A DNA stretch of 64,000 nucleotides from positions 28,706,001 to 28,770,000 of the forward strand of contig CP158635.1 in NCBI GenBank assembly GCA_050273025.1. Direction: 5' to 3'. This DNA is from Cenococcum geophilum (lineage: Eukaryota). Every line of letters starts with the position of its first letter. Position 1 is the first letter of the stretch. Position numbers and translations under genes: made by a program. Below are positions 27,564 through 39,783 of the stretch, in pieces. The notes beneath the pieces were generated by a model. It ran no database searches and was not told where the DNA came from. It saw nothing but the letters and a program-made list of their open reading frames with translations.

Positions 27564-30118
27564 ATGTCAGAGGCGCCTCGACCAGCAGGGGGGCGGAGTG
27601 ATCAGGATAACTATTGTAAGGCATAGCTGGATTGGCTATTCAATATACGTTCTTCTTATGGGTTCTGACGGCGGCTCCTCTAGATCCCTCACCCAATACT
27701 GCATACAACATCCCTCTCCAAGAGATTTCATATCGTGCAAATGCCCCCCCTGCTCATCCGATTGTCGATAATATAACTTCGGATGCTCACCATGAAAGTG
27801 GTAAGAGCTATCGTACTGCAGGCGGAAAAAGAACCCCTAAAAAGAGGAAGAGACACGACTCGTATGGAGATACTACGGACTTAGAAAAGGGATCTGCCAG
27901 AAAGGGGTACCGACCTTCATCAGATGATACACTGACTTCCCTTGGGTCTACGAAGGGTTTGTCGGGCAGTTCAGGCATGCGTCTCAAACCTACGGAAGTC
28001 GTTAGTCTTTTGAGTTCTGACGAGGAAGAACCGGTGAGGAGATCGAAGACATCTTCAAAGGAGCACACAAAGGTGGAAACCATGCCAGTCGTAGGCTCTT
28101 ACATGCAAAACGTTATGGAAAGGACAGGAGCAACTCTGAGTACATGGACTTCGTACGATGGACAAGAGTCCTTGGTGCTTTCAAGCCGTGATCTTGGTCC
28201 ACCGCCGATTCCCAGGAAAACACCTATCCCACCGCCCCCGATGCCCAGTCTAGGTCCATTGGCGAAATCGAAGGCTAAATATCCTTTAGCACATGGCCGT
28301 CTTTCGTTGCAAGCAGAGCAAGGAACGACTGTCCCAAAGAAGTGGCGAAAGGAAAAGAAGCCGACTGACATGCGGGCCGTTGATATCCAGGTCATATCGA
28401 GCTCCTCTCCACCCTCAAGCCCTTTATCGCCACAATCGCAAGCAATGCCCACTCCAAGGAAGGCTCGGAAGTCTCAGAAACCCACTGCATCAGAAACGCC
28501 TGATGCGCAGACTCAATCACCCGCAGAAAAGATACGTTCAAAATCGGCTGAAGAACCTCGCGCATCCGACATCGTACCACTTACTGAGCCTGTCCTCTGC
28601 CAAGAGCAAGCCGACTTAGTAGAGCTTATAGTCAGTGGTCGCAATGTCTTTTATACCGGTTCCGCTGGATGTGGAAAGTCTACAGTTCTGAAAGCTTTCA
28701 ATAAACGCCTTTCGGAAATGGGAAAGAAGGTCGATGTAGTTGCTCCTACCGGCCGTGCCGCACTGGATATTAACGGGTCTACAACATGGACATATGCAGG
28801 CTGGACGCCTGATAGCCATAAGAAACCGTTGAAAGAACTAAAAGCAGCCGCTCATGGAAAGTTTGTTAGAAAGAGGCTGAGAGATACGGATGTGCTTGTT
28901 ATTGATGAAATCAGTATGGTTGAGAACTTACATTTTGAACGGCTAAATTGGGTCATGAAGGAGGCGAGGAACGATCAGCACGCATTTGGCGGCGTCCAGC
29001 TTGTTGTTACTGGGGATTTTTGTCAACTACCTCCAGTAAAGCCTTTTCAGCATTGCATGGAATGCGGGAGAGAGCTCAAGCCCAACATTGCGCAGACCGT
29101 ATACAAATGCGCTCAGCATGGAGAATTCTACGACATCGATAAATGGGCTTTTCGTAGCGCAGCTTGGAAAGAATGCGGGTTCATTCATGTCAATCTAACA
29201 AATATTCATCGGCAGAGTGACGCCGTCTTCATCAACATCCTTCAGAAATGTCGACTTGGAACACGTTTAACACCTGCAGATACCGACCTTCTCCTCAATC
29301 ACCACTCTGAGACACGAAACTCAGTAAAGCTTTTCTCCACCCGTGAGGAGGTCCGACGGATCAACCAGGAGAATTTCAACAAGCTCCGCAGCCGTGCGCG
29401 AGAGTTTTTGTGTTTGGACGACTTCAAATGGAACGAGAATCATCGGCATTTGAAGTCGAAAAGCCTTCGCAGTACCGATGACTCACTTACTGCACTGCGT
29501 GATCACCGCTTCGAAACACGCATGCATCTCAAAAAGGGTATGCTTGTTGTTCTGCTCGTCAACCTGGACATCAGTGCAGGGTTGGTGAACGGCAGCCAAG
29601 GTGTGATCCAAGGTTTCGAGAATTATGATCCAAAAAAACTACCTAAAGCCACGGAAAACTCCCGCAAAGGCAAAGATAAAGATACCATTATCGCTGCACC
29701 AGTCCCAACGCTTGGTGGAGACCACGCCGCATTCAGAGAAGATCAAATTAAAGCATTCATAAATCGTGCAGAGCATAAAGAGTGGCCTATTGTTACCTTC
29801 AACAATGGAGTAACGCGTACAATATACGCCGACTGCACCGTGAACGAAGTCGGAGATGATAAACCCTACAGCTTGCTCTCGCGAACGCAGATACCTCTCA
29901 CGGCAGCTTGGGCCATGAGCATTCATAAGAGTCAGGGCATGACTCTCAATAGAGTTGTGGTAGATTTGTCCAAGAGTTTCGAGGAGGGCCAAATGTATGT
30001 CGCTTTGAGCAGGGCGAAAAGTCTTGAGGGGTTGAAGGTTGAAGGATTAGGAAGGGGACTGCTGGGTGGTAATGACCAGGTCAAGGAATTCTTATGGGAA
30101 AAATTTGGGATCAAATAA
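27564..30118 (+). CDS. Pif1-family SF1B 5'-3' DNA helicase; exons 27564-27615 and 27684-30118
   Basis: FYTGSAGCGKS, APTGRAA, IDEISMV, FGGVQLVVTGDFCQLPPV, LVNGSQG, RTQIPL..AWAMSIHKSQGMTL, GQMYVALSRA; long disordered N-terminus; GT-AG intron 27616-27683 restores an ATG start in frame. Confidence 0.9.
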
Positions 30119-30862
30119 ACGGATTATATGTGCTCGTGGCCCACCAAGCCCGCCCCAAGCGAATTCTTCTACGGTGCAATGAGTAGCCTGCTATGGACCT
30201 CTTCTATGCTCATGTCACACGTGATGTAACCATATTCAAATCCCGAGCAGTGGTTGGACATGTGGAATAAATTCCGGTTCTTGTATGTACTTAGGGATTA
30301 GATATGAGTATTACTTCATATCCTATCAAATGGTTATCTCTATCGCAAGGGCTAATCTGAGCAAGGTTGCAATAAGCGGGGGTTCTATCAGTCCGTGACG
30401 ATTTCTCTCAAACTTTTCTTCACTATGCCTTCTAAACTAGTCACTAATCGTTCCTCGCTCTCCTTAACATCCACCGCGTCTGCAATTGGTTGATACATCT
30501 CAGATTAGGTGTCCTCATCGTCGTAGACCTTTTCATTGATTGTTGTGCTCCTAAACCGTCGCCGAGCCAGTTCACGTCCTCGTCGATTTAGGACCCCGAG
30601 TATGCTGTGAGCCTGGCTTGAGTGTCATGCATGTTTGCTTCCCTCCAGGAATTGTCCTCTGTGCGACTTGTTTGGGGCTAGTGAGCGGAATTAGATCAAT
30701 CAGGTTTTCAATCTGTATTTATGGTTGGTATTTTCGCCAACGAAAATATAGGGTATTTTCCTCTCTGCCAAAGCTCCCGTCTCCGTGATCTCGTCTAGTC
30801 ATGTGAGTCAGTACGGTTAAGGTACCCCAAGGTTCGAACCTTTTACACTCGTTTCGCATCCT

Positions 30863-31090
30863 TCACCAGTGTTCACTGGCGGACTCTACGTTCTTTCCTA
30901 TGTCCCTTAGTTTCTGGGTTAAATAAGACCGCCTGTTCCTCGACTCTTCGTTCTCCTCGGCTATAGCCTCGATGGTCTCCTCGTCGATATCCATGACATC
31001 CGTCCTATCGCAGACACAGAAGAGCATCTCTAATTTCGATGCCACCCGGAAGAAGTTGGAGACTGTTACAATGACCCTTCCCTTGCGCGG
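30863..31090 (-). pseudogene. Relic of the C-terminal GED domain of a dynamin/Mx-like GTPase
   Basis: DVMDIDEETIEAIAEENEESRNRRSYLTQKL resembles fungal dynamin-like GED ends; no GTPase domain visible upstream. Confidence 0.5.
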
Positions 31091-31666
31091 GCCTCCTACA
31101 TCAGACCGGAACATATAGTTCCTACAACTTTGCGCACTCAGTCTGGGAAGGCTCGGAAAGGAGGCTAGCCTGCCTGGAGTGCAAGTGACTCAGTCTTACC
31201 GTTTGGCCGACCACATCAGCGAATAGATTCGCCCTCCTCAGAGCATCTCGAATCGTTCCAGACAATCTCAATGGCACCAGTGGTATCCCAATAGAGCAAT
31301 AAGGCGTAGTACAATGCCAGCAATAGTAAGCACAGCTACCGTGCTATGGTTCGGAGTGGTAAATGACCTTGCAACGATTATAGCCGGGGCCGGGTGGTGT
31401 TTCTAGAGTCTGGGCCGCTAATGATTCTAGATGCTTTAGAGGACGGGTGCTCATCAAATGGTAGATGAATGTTATTGTAAATTCGCTATTTCACTATCCG
31501 AGTATACATTTTCTTCGAGCAACGCGTGTCTACACACTTATGTGTAACGCCAATCAAGCACATATTATGATGACTTCGAAAACATCCTATAGACGCGCCT
31601 TCATCAGGCACTTTATTCTAATATCAGAATTCTATCATAAGCCCACTAATCTCTACATCCTATAGC

Positions 31667-33458
31667 TCAGCTTCTCCAAAAATCCTTGAACATGGAAAGA
31701 TTACTCCAATGCTGAACCCATAATTTCGAGCCTCGAGATACGTGCGTATTCCAAGCATTAGCAACTTCCTTTTCGGCGTCATATCCGTACGCCCAAGATT
31801 GTGTCACTGGATCGCTCCATTGGTTCGGGCTTTCAATGTAGTGGCGTCCCTCTACTTCTGGCCTCATCGCTTCATCGCGAGCCTCTTGTTCTGGTCCGTC
31901 TGCGAAATGCCACAACTTCCCGTTAATCAGGCTAGCCTCCTGCATCTGGCCTGTTCTAAGAATTCGTACATCCTCAAATATTCGCAGAGCATCATGTATC
32001 TGATCCTTAGAATTAATCTTGTTAAGTATTTCAGCCAAAGCTGCCCCGTCCTCTACCGCCATTGCAGCGCCTGGGAAAGTTAGAATCGCTCAACCATTCG
32101 GAAAAATACTCACCTTCTGACATGTACGGTACCATAACGTGAGCCGCATCTCCGATGATTAAGAACTTTCCGGATGAAGCAACCCATTTTTCCAGTGGCT
32201 TTCCGCTTAGTAAAGGCCATTTCAAAGTACTTTCGATCATATCAATGATCTTCGTCAACCTATACAGTCACCTTAGTTTCTCGTCAACAACGAGATCAGA
32301 GCAGCCTACTGATGATCCCATCCCTTGAAGTGCTGCTTCATATCCGACACAGCTGTTTCCTGTCTCCAGGTGCTTGGGTCGGACTCCTCTGGATGTGATA
32401 ACACCATGTTGAAAGACTTCCCTGCAGCAATAGTGTAAGTCATCACGTGGCGCATATCCCCGATCCTGATAATTTTAGTTACTAGAGTTGTCTCTGGATT
32501 GGATGATCTTACCAGCAATTTAATCCCGGCTTCTCCAGCAGCCATGCGACGTCCGGATCTGCTCTCATCTTCTCCACATCAACGACCGCACGGTATGCGG
32601 CGAATCCAGTTCTTTGAGGTGGTTGATCTTTGCCCTGTAGAACGACCTTTCTAGCTTCGGATCGAAGGCCTGTGGCAGTTAGCGGCCAGAGTCTAGAGCT
32701 CCGTGAGTCAGGACGCACAAACCGTCCGCCGCGACAATTAGATCTGCACTATGCGTGGCTCCATTCTCTAGTGTCAAAGAAGGGATATCGGGGTCATATC
32801 TGGCCACTCCTGAACCCACGTGGATTTCGACGCCCAAGTCTAGTGCCAGCTTGTACATCGCGTTCTGGAAGTGCGCTCGGTGAACAACATAATAAGGCGC
32901 ATCAAATGCCCTTCGGCAATCTGGGACCAGCCTTGTTAAACCGATTAAATTTCCATTTTGCCAGCGTCGGAATCCAATGGTTGCAGGCTCCACGACTATG
33001 TCCTTGAAGAAAGGCTCGAGACCCCACTTTAACAACAGCCTGCTTGAGTTCGGCGGAACCTGAATACCAGCACCAACCTGCGAGACAGGCAATCAACATC
33101 AGCTATTGGGAGAAACTAACATTTGCCTTACCTCGCCCAACTCTGAAGCTTTCTCAAAAACTGTCACCGAATGGCCTCTTCTCCTCAAGGCAATAGCAGT
33201 AGCCAACCCTCCCAGACCTGCGCCAGCAATAATGATCTTTAGCCGCAACTTTGCTTGCGGCGCATCTTCACGGGTTCCTCTCGATGAGCCTTTGTTTAGC
33301 ACATGAAGGAAATGCAGGCTTCTGCTGGGATATGAAGTAGACTGACGGTCATTAGTGTTTCCCAAATGCTCAAAAATTACAGGACTTACTTCAAGCCCAA
33401 CTTGAGCCTTGTTCGACTGTATCTTGCGGATACCGTTCACATCCGGCTTTTGAGACAT
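31667..33458 (-). CDS. FAD-dependent aromatic hydroxylase (salicylate hydroxylase / 3-hydroxybenzoate 6-hydroxylase-like), multi-exon
   Basis: [55 protein letters not shown]; several GT-AG introns. Confidence 0.92.
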
Positions 33459-33883
33459 GGTGAAAGTAGACTAGATCTTCTGGTTTGAATGGTTCGCTGT
33501 ACCTTCTAACCCCCGGTCGGAGCGCGCATTAAGATTTATCTAGACTTCGAGGTCTTGCGAACCCTGTAAGCAATGCATTCATGACAAAAGCTGCGAGGTC
33601 AATCGGAAATCGAACGATTGGAGTAAGATACTAATTTCCGTTTGTCGGGTCTGCGACCGCAATGACCATGCGGGGAATCCTCTCCGACCTCTCCCCGAGA
33701 GCGGCAATGCAACGGAAGTACTCCGCATCCATCATCGGATCACCTGCAATAATCCTTGATGAGATCATATAAATCTGTGCATTCCTTTTAGGTTAGCGCG
33801 GTAACGTTGGTCTTCCGCCGACAAGCCTACCATAAATTTTTCGTTGTATTTCCTCTCACGCACTTGATTCCGTTATTCCCAGC
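33459..33883. promoter_or_regulatory. Divergent promoter of hydroxylase and dioxygenase with CGG/CCG triplets
   Basis: 425-bp head-to-head spacer; near-palindrome CGGAAGTACTCCG at 33713-33725 (candidate Zn2Cys6 site, inference). Confidence 0.45.
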
Positions 33884-35002
33884 ATGGCTGCCATGCGAAC
33901 AGAAATACAAGCCGTTAATGGCGCCAAGACGACGATCGATACTGTCGAGACGCTGATCAAAGGTGCCTCTGAAGCTTATGCGGTACCACTTTGGCCGCAG
34001 ATGGTCAAGCTTAGTCCTCCTGAACCTAATCCAAAATGCGTACCCTATGTATGGGATTACGAGCGGATTAAGCCGTACTTAGTCCGAGCAGGAGAGCTTG
34101 TGCAAGAAAAAGATGCAGAGCGGAGGGTCTTGATGCTTGTAAACCCAGCCAGAGGTTTGTATGTCCCGTTCGAAAATGCCCGTTCACAATTGCTAAAAAC
34201 ACATGGACACTTAGAGGGTCCATACACAACTGATACTGTCTATGCGGGCCTTCAACTCGTCATGCCTAATGAAACCGCACCTGCCCATCGGCATGTTGCC
34301 TTTGCCATGCGCTTCATAATCGAGGGCAATGGCGGGTTTACGGCAGTTCATGGCAAACGTATTGCCATGAACCGTGGTGATATGATCTTAACTCCAACCT
34401 GGAATTGGCACGATCATGGCAAGGACGGCTCAGGGCCTATGATTTGGCTTGATGCTCTGGACCTGCCTTCATTCATTCATTTCCCAGTGCACTTCGTAGA
34501 ACATTATGACAAACCAAGATATCCGGCGGAAGACATTGATACGAGTCAGAGTCCGATCGTCTTTCCGTGGATTAAGATGCAGGAGCAACTGGATGAGATG
34601 GAAGGAGGATGGGTATCGAGGGAATATTTAAAAGCGGATGGGAGTTACGGTATATTCCACGGTTTCCTCCTTGAGTCACATTTACTGATCGCTGAACCAG
34701 TGAGCAAAACCCTTGGATCGTCCGCTGAGCGCATCAACAGAGGCGCCTCATCACCACCAGTTCGCGAAACTGCTTCGTCAGTCTATCATGTTATTGTAGG
34801 TAGCGGCTATTCCGAAATTGGTGGTAAGAAATACGAATGGAGGATAGGCGACACATTCTGCATACCTTCGTGGTACAAATACCAGCATTTTGCGGGATCA
34901 TCCGAGACGGTTTATCTTTATCGTTTTGACGATAAGCCGATGATCAAGGCGCTGGGGTTTTATCGTTGGGAGGGCATGGATACAGAGACACTCGTTACAT
35001 GA
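33884..35002 (+). CDS. Gentisate 1,2-dioxygenase (bicupin); introns 34155-34214 and 34650-34700
   Basis: AERRVLMLVNP, TDTVYAGLQLVMPNETAPAHRH..FAMRFIIEG, LTPTWNWHDH, WLDALDLP, GDTFCIPSW: canonical GDO motifs. Confidence 0.92.
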   Translation: MAAMRTEIQAVNGAKTTIDTVETLIKGASEAYAVPLWPQMVKLSPPEPNPKCVPYVWDYERIKPYLVRAGELVQEKDAERRVLMLVNPARGLYVPFENARSQLLKTHGHLEGPYTTDTVYAGLQLVMPNETAPAHRHVAFAMRFIIEGNGGFTAVHGKRIAMNRGDMILTPTWNWHDHGKDGSGPMIWLDALDLPSFIHFPVHFVEHYDKPRYPAEDIDTSQSPIVFPWIKMQEQLDEMEGGWVSREYLKADGSYGIFHGFLLESHLLIAEPVSKTLGSSAERINRGASSPPVRETASSVYHVIVGSGYSEIGGKKYEWRIGDTFCIPSWYKYQHFAGSSETVYLYRFDDKPMIKALGFYRWEGMDTETLVT

Positions 35003-35327
35003 ATGTTAATTATTTCAGCGTCTACATAGTTTCGGTTTGCGATGTAATCTTATTCCCAGGCAAAAAAGTTCAGAGTCAGTCAACGCGGCTAGTCAGGTAA
35101 TACGCAAACTCCAGAGCGCTAAACTCCACAATGATCCAAGCCGGCATCCATCCCCGCACCCGAAGTGCGGATGCGGTTCTCTGTCCCAACGTCACGTTTT
35201 CGCACGGTTGGGAGATCGAGTGGGGATAAATAAGACTGCCAGCCCTCTTATCCTACCTTTCCCCGACTTCTTTCTACTCGCTTGTGATTCTGCTAAGTCA
35301 AATCGTGAACCTTGCGCTTGGCTTGCG

Positions 35328-37832
35328 ATGGAGGACCAAGCACCAAAACCCGCGTCCAAAAGACGCGATAGTAGTGAGGTAGCGGATCCGCCAAATAAGA
35401 GGAGAAGAATTGCATTGGCTTGTAGTGCCTGCCGAACAAGGAAGTCACGTGTAAGTGCCACTTTTTGAGCCACGGCACGCGTCTCCCTGCCCATGTGGAG
35501 ATTAGCAGAGAAGGGTCAAGCTGATGCTGAACAGTGCGACGGGGCGCGACCGCGTTGCTCTCTCTGCACAGACCTGGGTTTTGAATGTGTTTATGTGCAA
35601 TCAGCTTCTTCAGCCAATGTAATTGTTGGTAAAGAATACCTGTCACAGCTCGAAGACCGCGTTCAGAGCATCGAAGAAACTCTCAACATATTCCGCGAAA
35701 ATATTACCACTTTGTCCCAAAATGTCCGAGTGGCTGAGATCGTCCCAGGATCGGAGTCTGGTGGCACAATTGTGGAAAATGCACAGTTACAGGAGGTCAC
35801 GAATGAGCAAGACTCAGTAGATGGCATGGGGGCTGCTGTATTTGCGAATGAAGAAGAATCTGGGTTCTTTGGCCCCTCTTCGAATATCGCCTTCCTCCGC
35901 CGTATTTCCCGTGCAGTGGCTCATGCAGGCGACTCGGGTCAGCCTTGGACTCCTTTGACTGGCCCAGACTCTGCCCACTTCGATGGAGGATTCATGTCGG
36001 TGTCCCGGCCTTCTTCTCCGTCAAGGCAGAGCAAACCAGAAAAGCAGATTAACCTGTATGCGCTACCACCAGAGTTACAAACACTGAGCATAATCAAGAG
36101 ATATTTTTCCGACACTGGCTTTTTGTATCCCTTCCTGCATGAAGAGAGCTTTATTCAGACATATATGCAGATGAGAGGAAAGCATCCCTCAGGAGTGCGG
36201 AAGAGCTGGCTAGGACTTTTGAACATGGTTCTAGCGCTTGCAACTAGTACAACTGTTAACGATGGATTGAAGGCGGAGGCCCGTATTGCCGAATCAAATA
36301 TTTTCTATCAGCGGGCGATGGGCTTGTGTCTGAATCAGATCATGAGAGGGGCAAGCCTTGAGATTGGTTAGTTATATCTCTTCATATAGTATACGCATCC
36401 CCTGAGATACTTTTAAGGCTGAATAGTTCTAGTTCAGTATCTCCTGGTCATGGGGCTATTCCTTCAAGGCACGCAAAAATCTATCCAAGCATGGACAACA
36501 CACGGACTTGCTGTGAAAGCTGCGTTCCAGCTCGGACTACATTCAAAAGAAGCTTCTCGATCATTTCCTCCACTTGAACGCGAGTTGCGAAAAAGAGCAT
36601 GGTATGGATGCATAATCTTAGACCGCACCCTCAGCATGACTTTCGGGAGACCCGCCGCTATCCCAGAGAGCTATGTCAAATTGGAGCTCCCTGAACCGTT
36701 TGAGAATATGGGGCCATCACCGTCCGAATGCCCTCAAAAACAAGACAGTGTCGGTTTCTTCTCTGCTACCATGTAAGTCATTGGAAAGGATGTTGAAAAA
36801 TTCATCTAATCGATCTAGAAAATTATATAAGGTCATGTGGTCAATCATCGACTCCTTATATGGTCAGAACATCAACTGTGACCAATCATCCGGAGTCGGA
36901 GATACCATTGCACGACTTTTCAACACCGAACATGAATTGATTGACTGGGAAAGAGCACTCCCGCGAAATCTCCGTATATGGTCTTCCCAGGATGTCCTGG
37001 ACAATACCAATGACACGGTAACTAATGAGAATGTCCGTAATGAGAACCGGCTTGCAACTATACTAACCCTGCGCTACCTCAATGTTCGCCTACTTCTTCA
37101 CCGCCCAATCTTGATCAAGTTCCTAGACACTTCCGGGAAGGCGGACGAAGATTGTCATGAGCTTACATTGCTTCAGAAAATCGGTTCTAATAGCATTCAG
37201 CTTAGCATGCAATCTGCAATTGATATCATTGGCATTGTGCATACGGCAGTGCATGCTACAGGACGGAAGAGAGAACTTCTAGGTGCTTGGTGGTTCTCTC
37301 TATACTACAGTACGATCTCCCATATATAACCTGGTCACCTGTACTCACGATGGCTTAGCCTTCAACGCTGCTCTTGTTCTCTTCGGTTGTTTGCTAGTTT
37401 GTCGAACAGCAAATAGGACAGCTCTAGCTACCCTCCCAACCAAAGAATCCGCTAAAACATCCCTCGAAAATGCTGTTGAAGCACTAGGAGTTCTTGACCA
37501 CGGAAATCGCATGGTTGAGCGCTGTCGCCATTACCTGAAACAGCTCATTTCAGTACTAGACTCACTCGGTATGCGGGTAAGCCCTACAGTGCTTAACACG
37601 TCTAACTCGCGAAACAGAATCTGCCCAATCGACAGAAGGGATAAAGCAGCAAGCCCGGACCATCTATGCAAGCTCAGATACCCGGCCCCCGATCAGTACT
37701 GCTTGCCTACATCAATCACCTTTGGCTATGGATTTCGGCGAGTTTATGTTGGAGAGTGATTTTGATTTTCTCAATCATCATTTTGGAAGTGGTATGCCGG
37801 GAATGGAGGCTTTTGACACAAGCTATGGGTGA
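35328..37832 (+). CDS. Zn2Cys6 transcription factor of the gentisate cluster (multi-exon)
   Basis: KRRRIALACSACRTRKSR|CDGARPRCSLCTDLGFECVY; AFQLGLH, RKRAWYGCIILDRTLSMTFGRP, LLHRP, GAWWFSLYY; last exon ends TGA at 37830-37832. Confidence 0.9.
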
Positions 37833-38419
37833 AAAACCCTGTGCGAAGGATAACATAAAAATATTTGCATAAATCTCTTCTAGCTAAACAGACAACATGA
37901 TGCTAGCACGAGGAGACTGGAAACGTCGGCCAGAAGAGCGCCATAATTCCAGGTGGACAAGATGAACCAATGGAACGTCTTCCACTAACGTTAACCATCG
38001 TGTCGACCAGCCAAAAGGCAGGATGGTTGACATCGGACTTTGTTCTGGTATATCATTTGATTACATCATATGGGGCCTGGACCAAGGAGAAGAAAACGCG
38101 TTTTTGCCCTCCCATTTTTAACTTTGGTGAACTGGACTCTGAATTGCCAGAGGTCAAAACTATGAACATCTAGGGCTTGACGAGATACGCCCCCTTTATC
38201 CGTATCGTCTCCCGCCTACCGCAGCCATGCAGTAATGAATCTACTGTATGCTGCACGGTTCCGATATTGCGACCCGAGTTATCCCCGCGTCCCCGTGATA
38301 TCATGTAAAAGCGCTGAAACCTCGATTTCTATCCCACCCATTTACTCAATTCCTACAACTGTCAAATCTAATCATTACTTATTTTAGGCTAAGTCCCAGC
38401 CACTCCTCCCGCCGCCACA

Positions 38420-39783
38420 ATGCCCGTTTGGTCCCGCCTCATACGCTTTGAGTCGACCGACGGCCGCCTATTGCGGGGCGAGCCGATCCTCCCGTCCCCA
38501 GATTTCGACGTTGGCTCAACAATTGAAGCTACAAAGTTGCAAGCTAAAGTGATAGAAGGCCAAGACATCTACGATACCACGGGCAAGACCAAAGTCACGG
38601 ACGAGATTGTAACAGTGAAGAAGCTTTTAGGACCGTTAGCGCAAGAGGATGTACCGATTGTGAGATGTATAGGCTTGAATTTTTTGAAGCATAGTACGTA
38701 CATTTGAGTTTCGAAATCTTGTAAAATCTCCGTGGAATTTACTTTTCGTATGCTCTGGCTTATCCTCTGTTACGATATCTTTTATTGATGTGGTGTGCCA
38801 ATTACCGTAGAAAAGTAAATTTTACTAACACGAGAATTCGATTCCTCTATATTTTATGGTTACATTCGAACATGATCAAATTTTAAAAAGAGTTTTTTAC
38901 TAATGGTATTTGACCCATAGTTAAAGAAGGTGGCCGAACCCCGCCTCCCTTCCCATCCGTCTTTTACAAAGCAAACACTACCGTCAACGATCATGGCGCA
39001 CCAGTTGTGATACCTAAAATATGCCAGGACGAGCAGGCTGACTATGAAGGTGAATTGGTAAAGCACATATCCTCTGTCCTATTTTTCTCCCTCCTTTTTA
39101 TTATCTGTAGAGAGATACCTCTTGCTCCAGAAGAGTCTTCTAAGAACATGTGACGCTGACTCTTCCATCTAGTGCTTCATCATTGGGAAAGATGCCAAAG
39201 ACGTGCCAGAGAGTGAGGCCTTCAATTACATTGCTGCATACACCTGTGGGAACGACATATCCTCGCGGAAGTTGCAAAGGGACCCTGCACTCGCAGGCGG
39301 GGTCCCTCAATGGGGTTTCTCCAAAGGTTTCGACACCTTCTGCCCTCTGGGCCCTTGTCTAGTTTCCTCATCACTCATCCCTGATCCGAGCACTCTGAAA
39401 CTAACAACGCGTGTGGATGGTGAAGTGCGGCAAAGTGAAGGGATTGATGACCTATGCTTCAAGGTCCCTTATCTAGTAGCGTATTGCAGTCAGGGGACGA
39501 CGTTGAAAGCGGGCACAGTTGTCATGACAGGGACTCCATCGGGTGAGTTACTCTACCATTGATATACGAATACGCTTCCTAGCTTGTGCGGGGTGCGTGT
39601 CGAAAGGGAAAAATGGGAGAAATCAGGTTGAAGGCGAAAGCACAGAGTTAAGACTATCGCTAATACTTTTTTCTAGGCGTTGGCTTTGCCATGAAACCAC
39701 CACAGTACCTAAAGCCAGGAAACGAGGTGGAGGTGGAGATATCAGGAATCGGTACATTAAAGAATAGTATTGTTTTTGCGTGA
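38420..39783 (+). CDS. Fumarylacetoacetate hydrolase family protein (fumaryl/maleylpyruvate hydrolase candidate), multi-exon
   Basis: VRCIGLNFLKH, PSVFYK, QADYEGEL, YTCGNDISSR, KGFDTFCPLGP, VVMTGTPSGVG, GIGTLKN. Confidence 0.9.

Noticed and set aside
27564..30118. Helitron RepHel
   Set aside because: No HUH Rep domain; N-terminus is low-complexity; no RIP damage and no Helitron termini seen.
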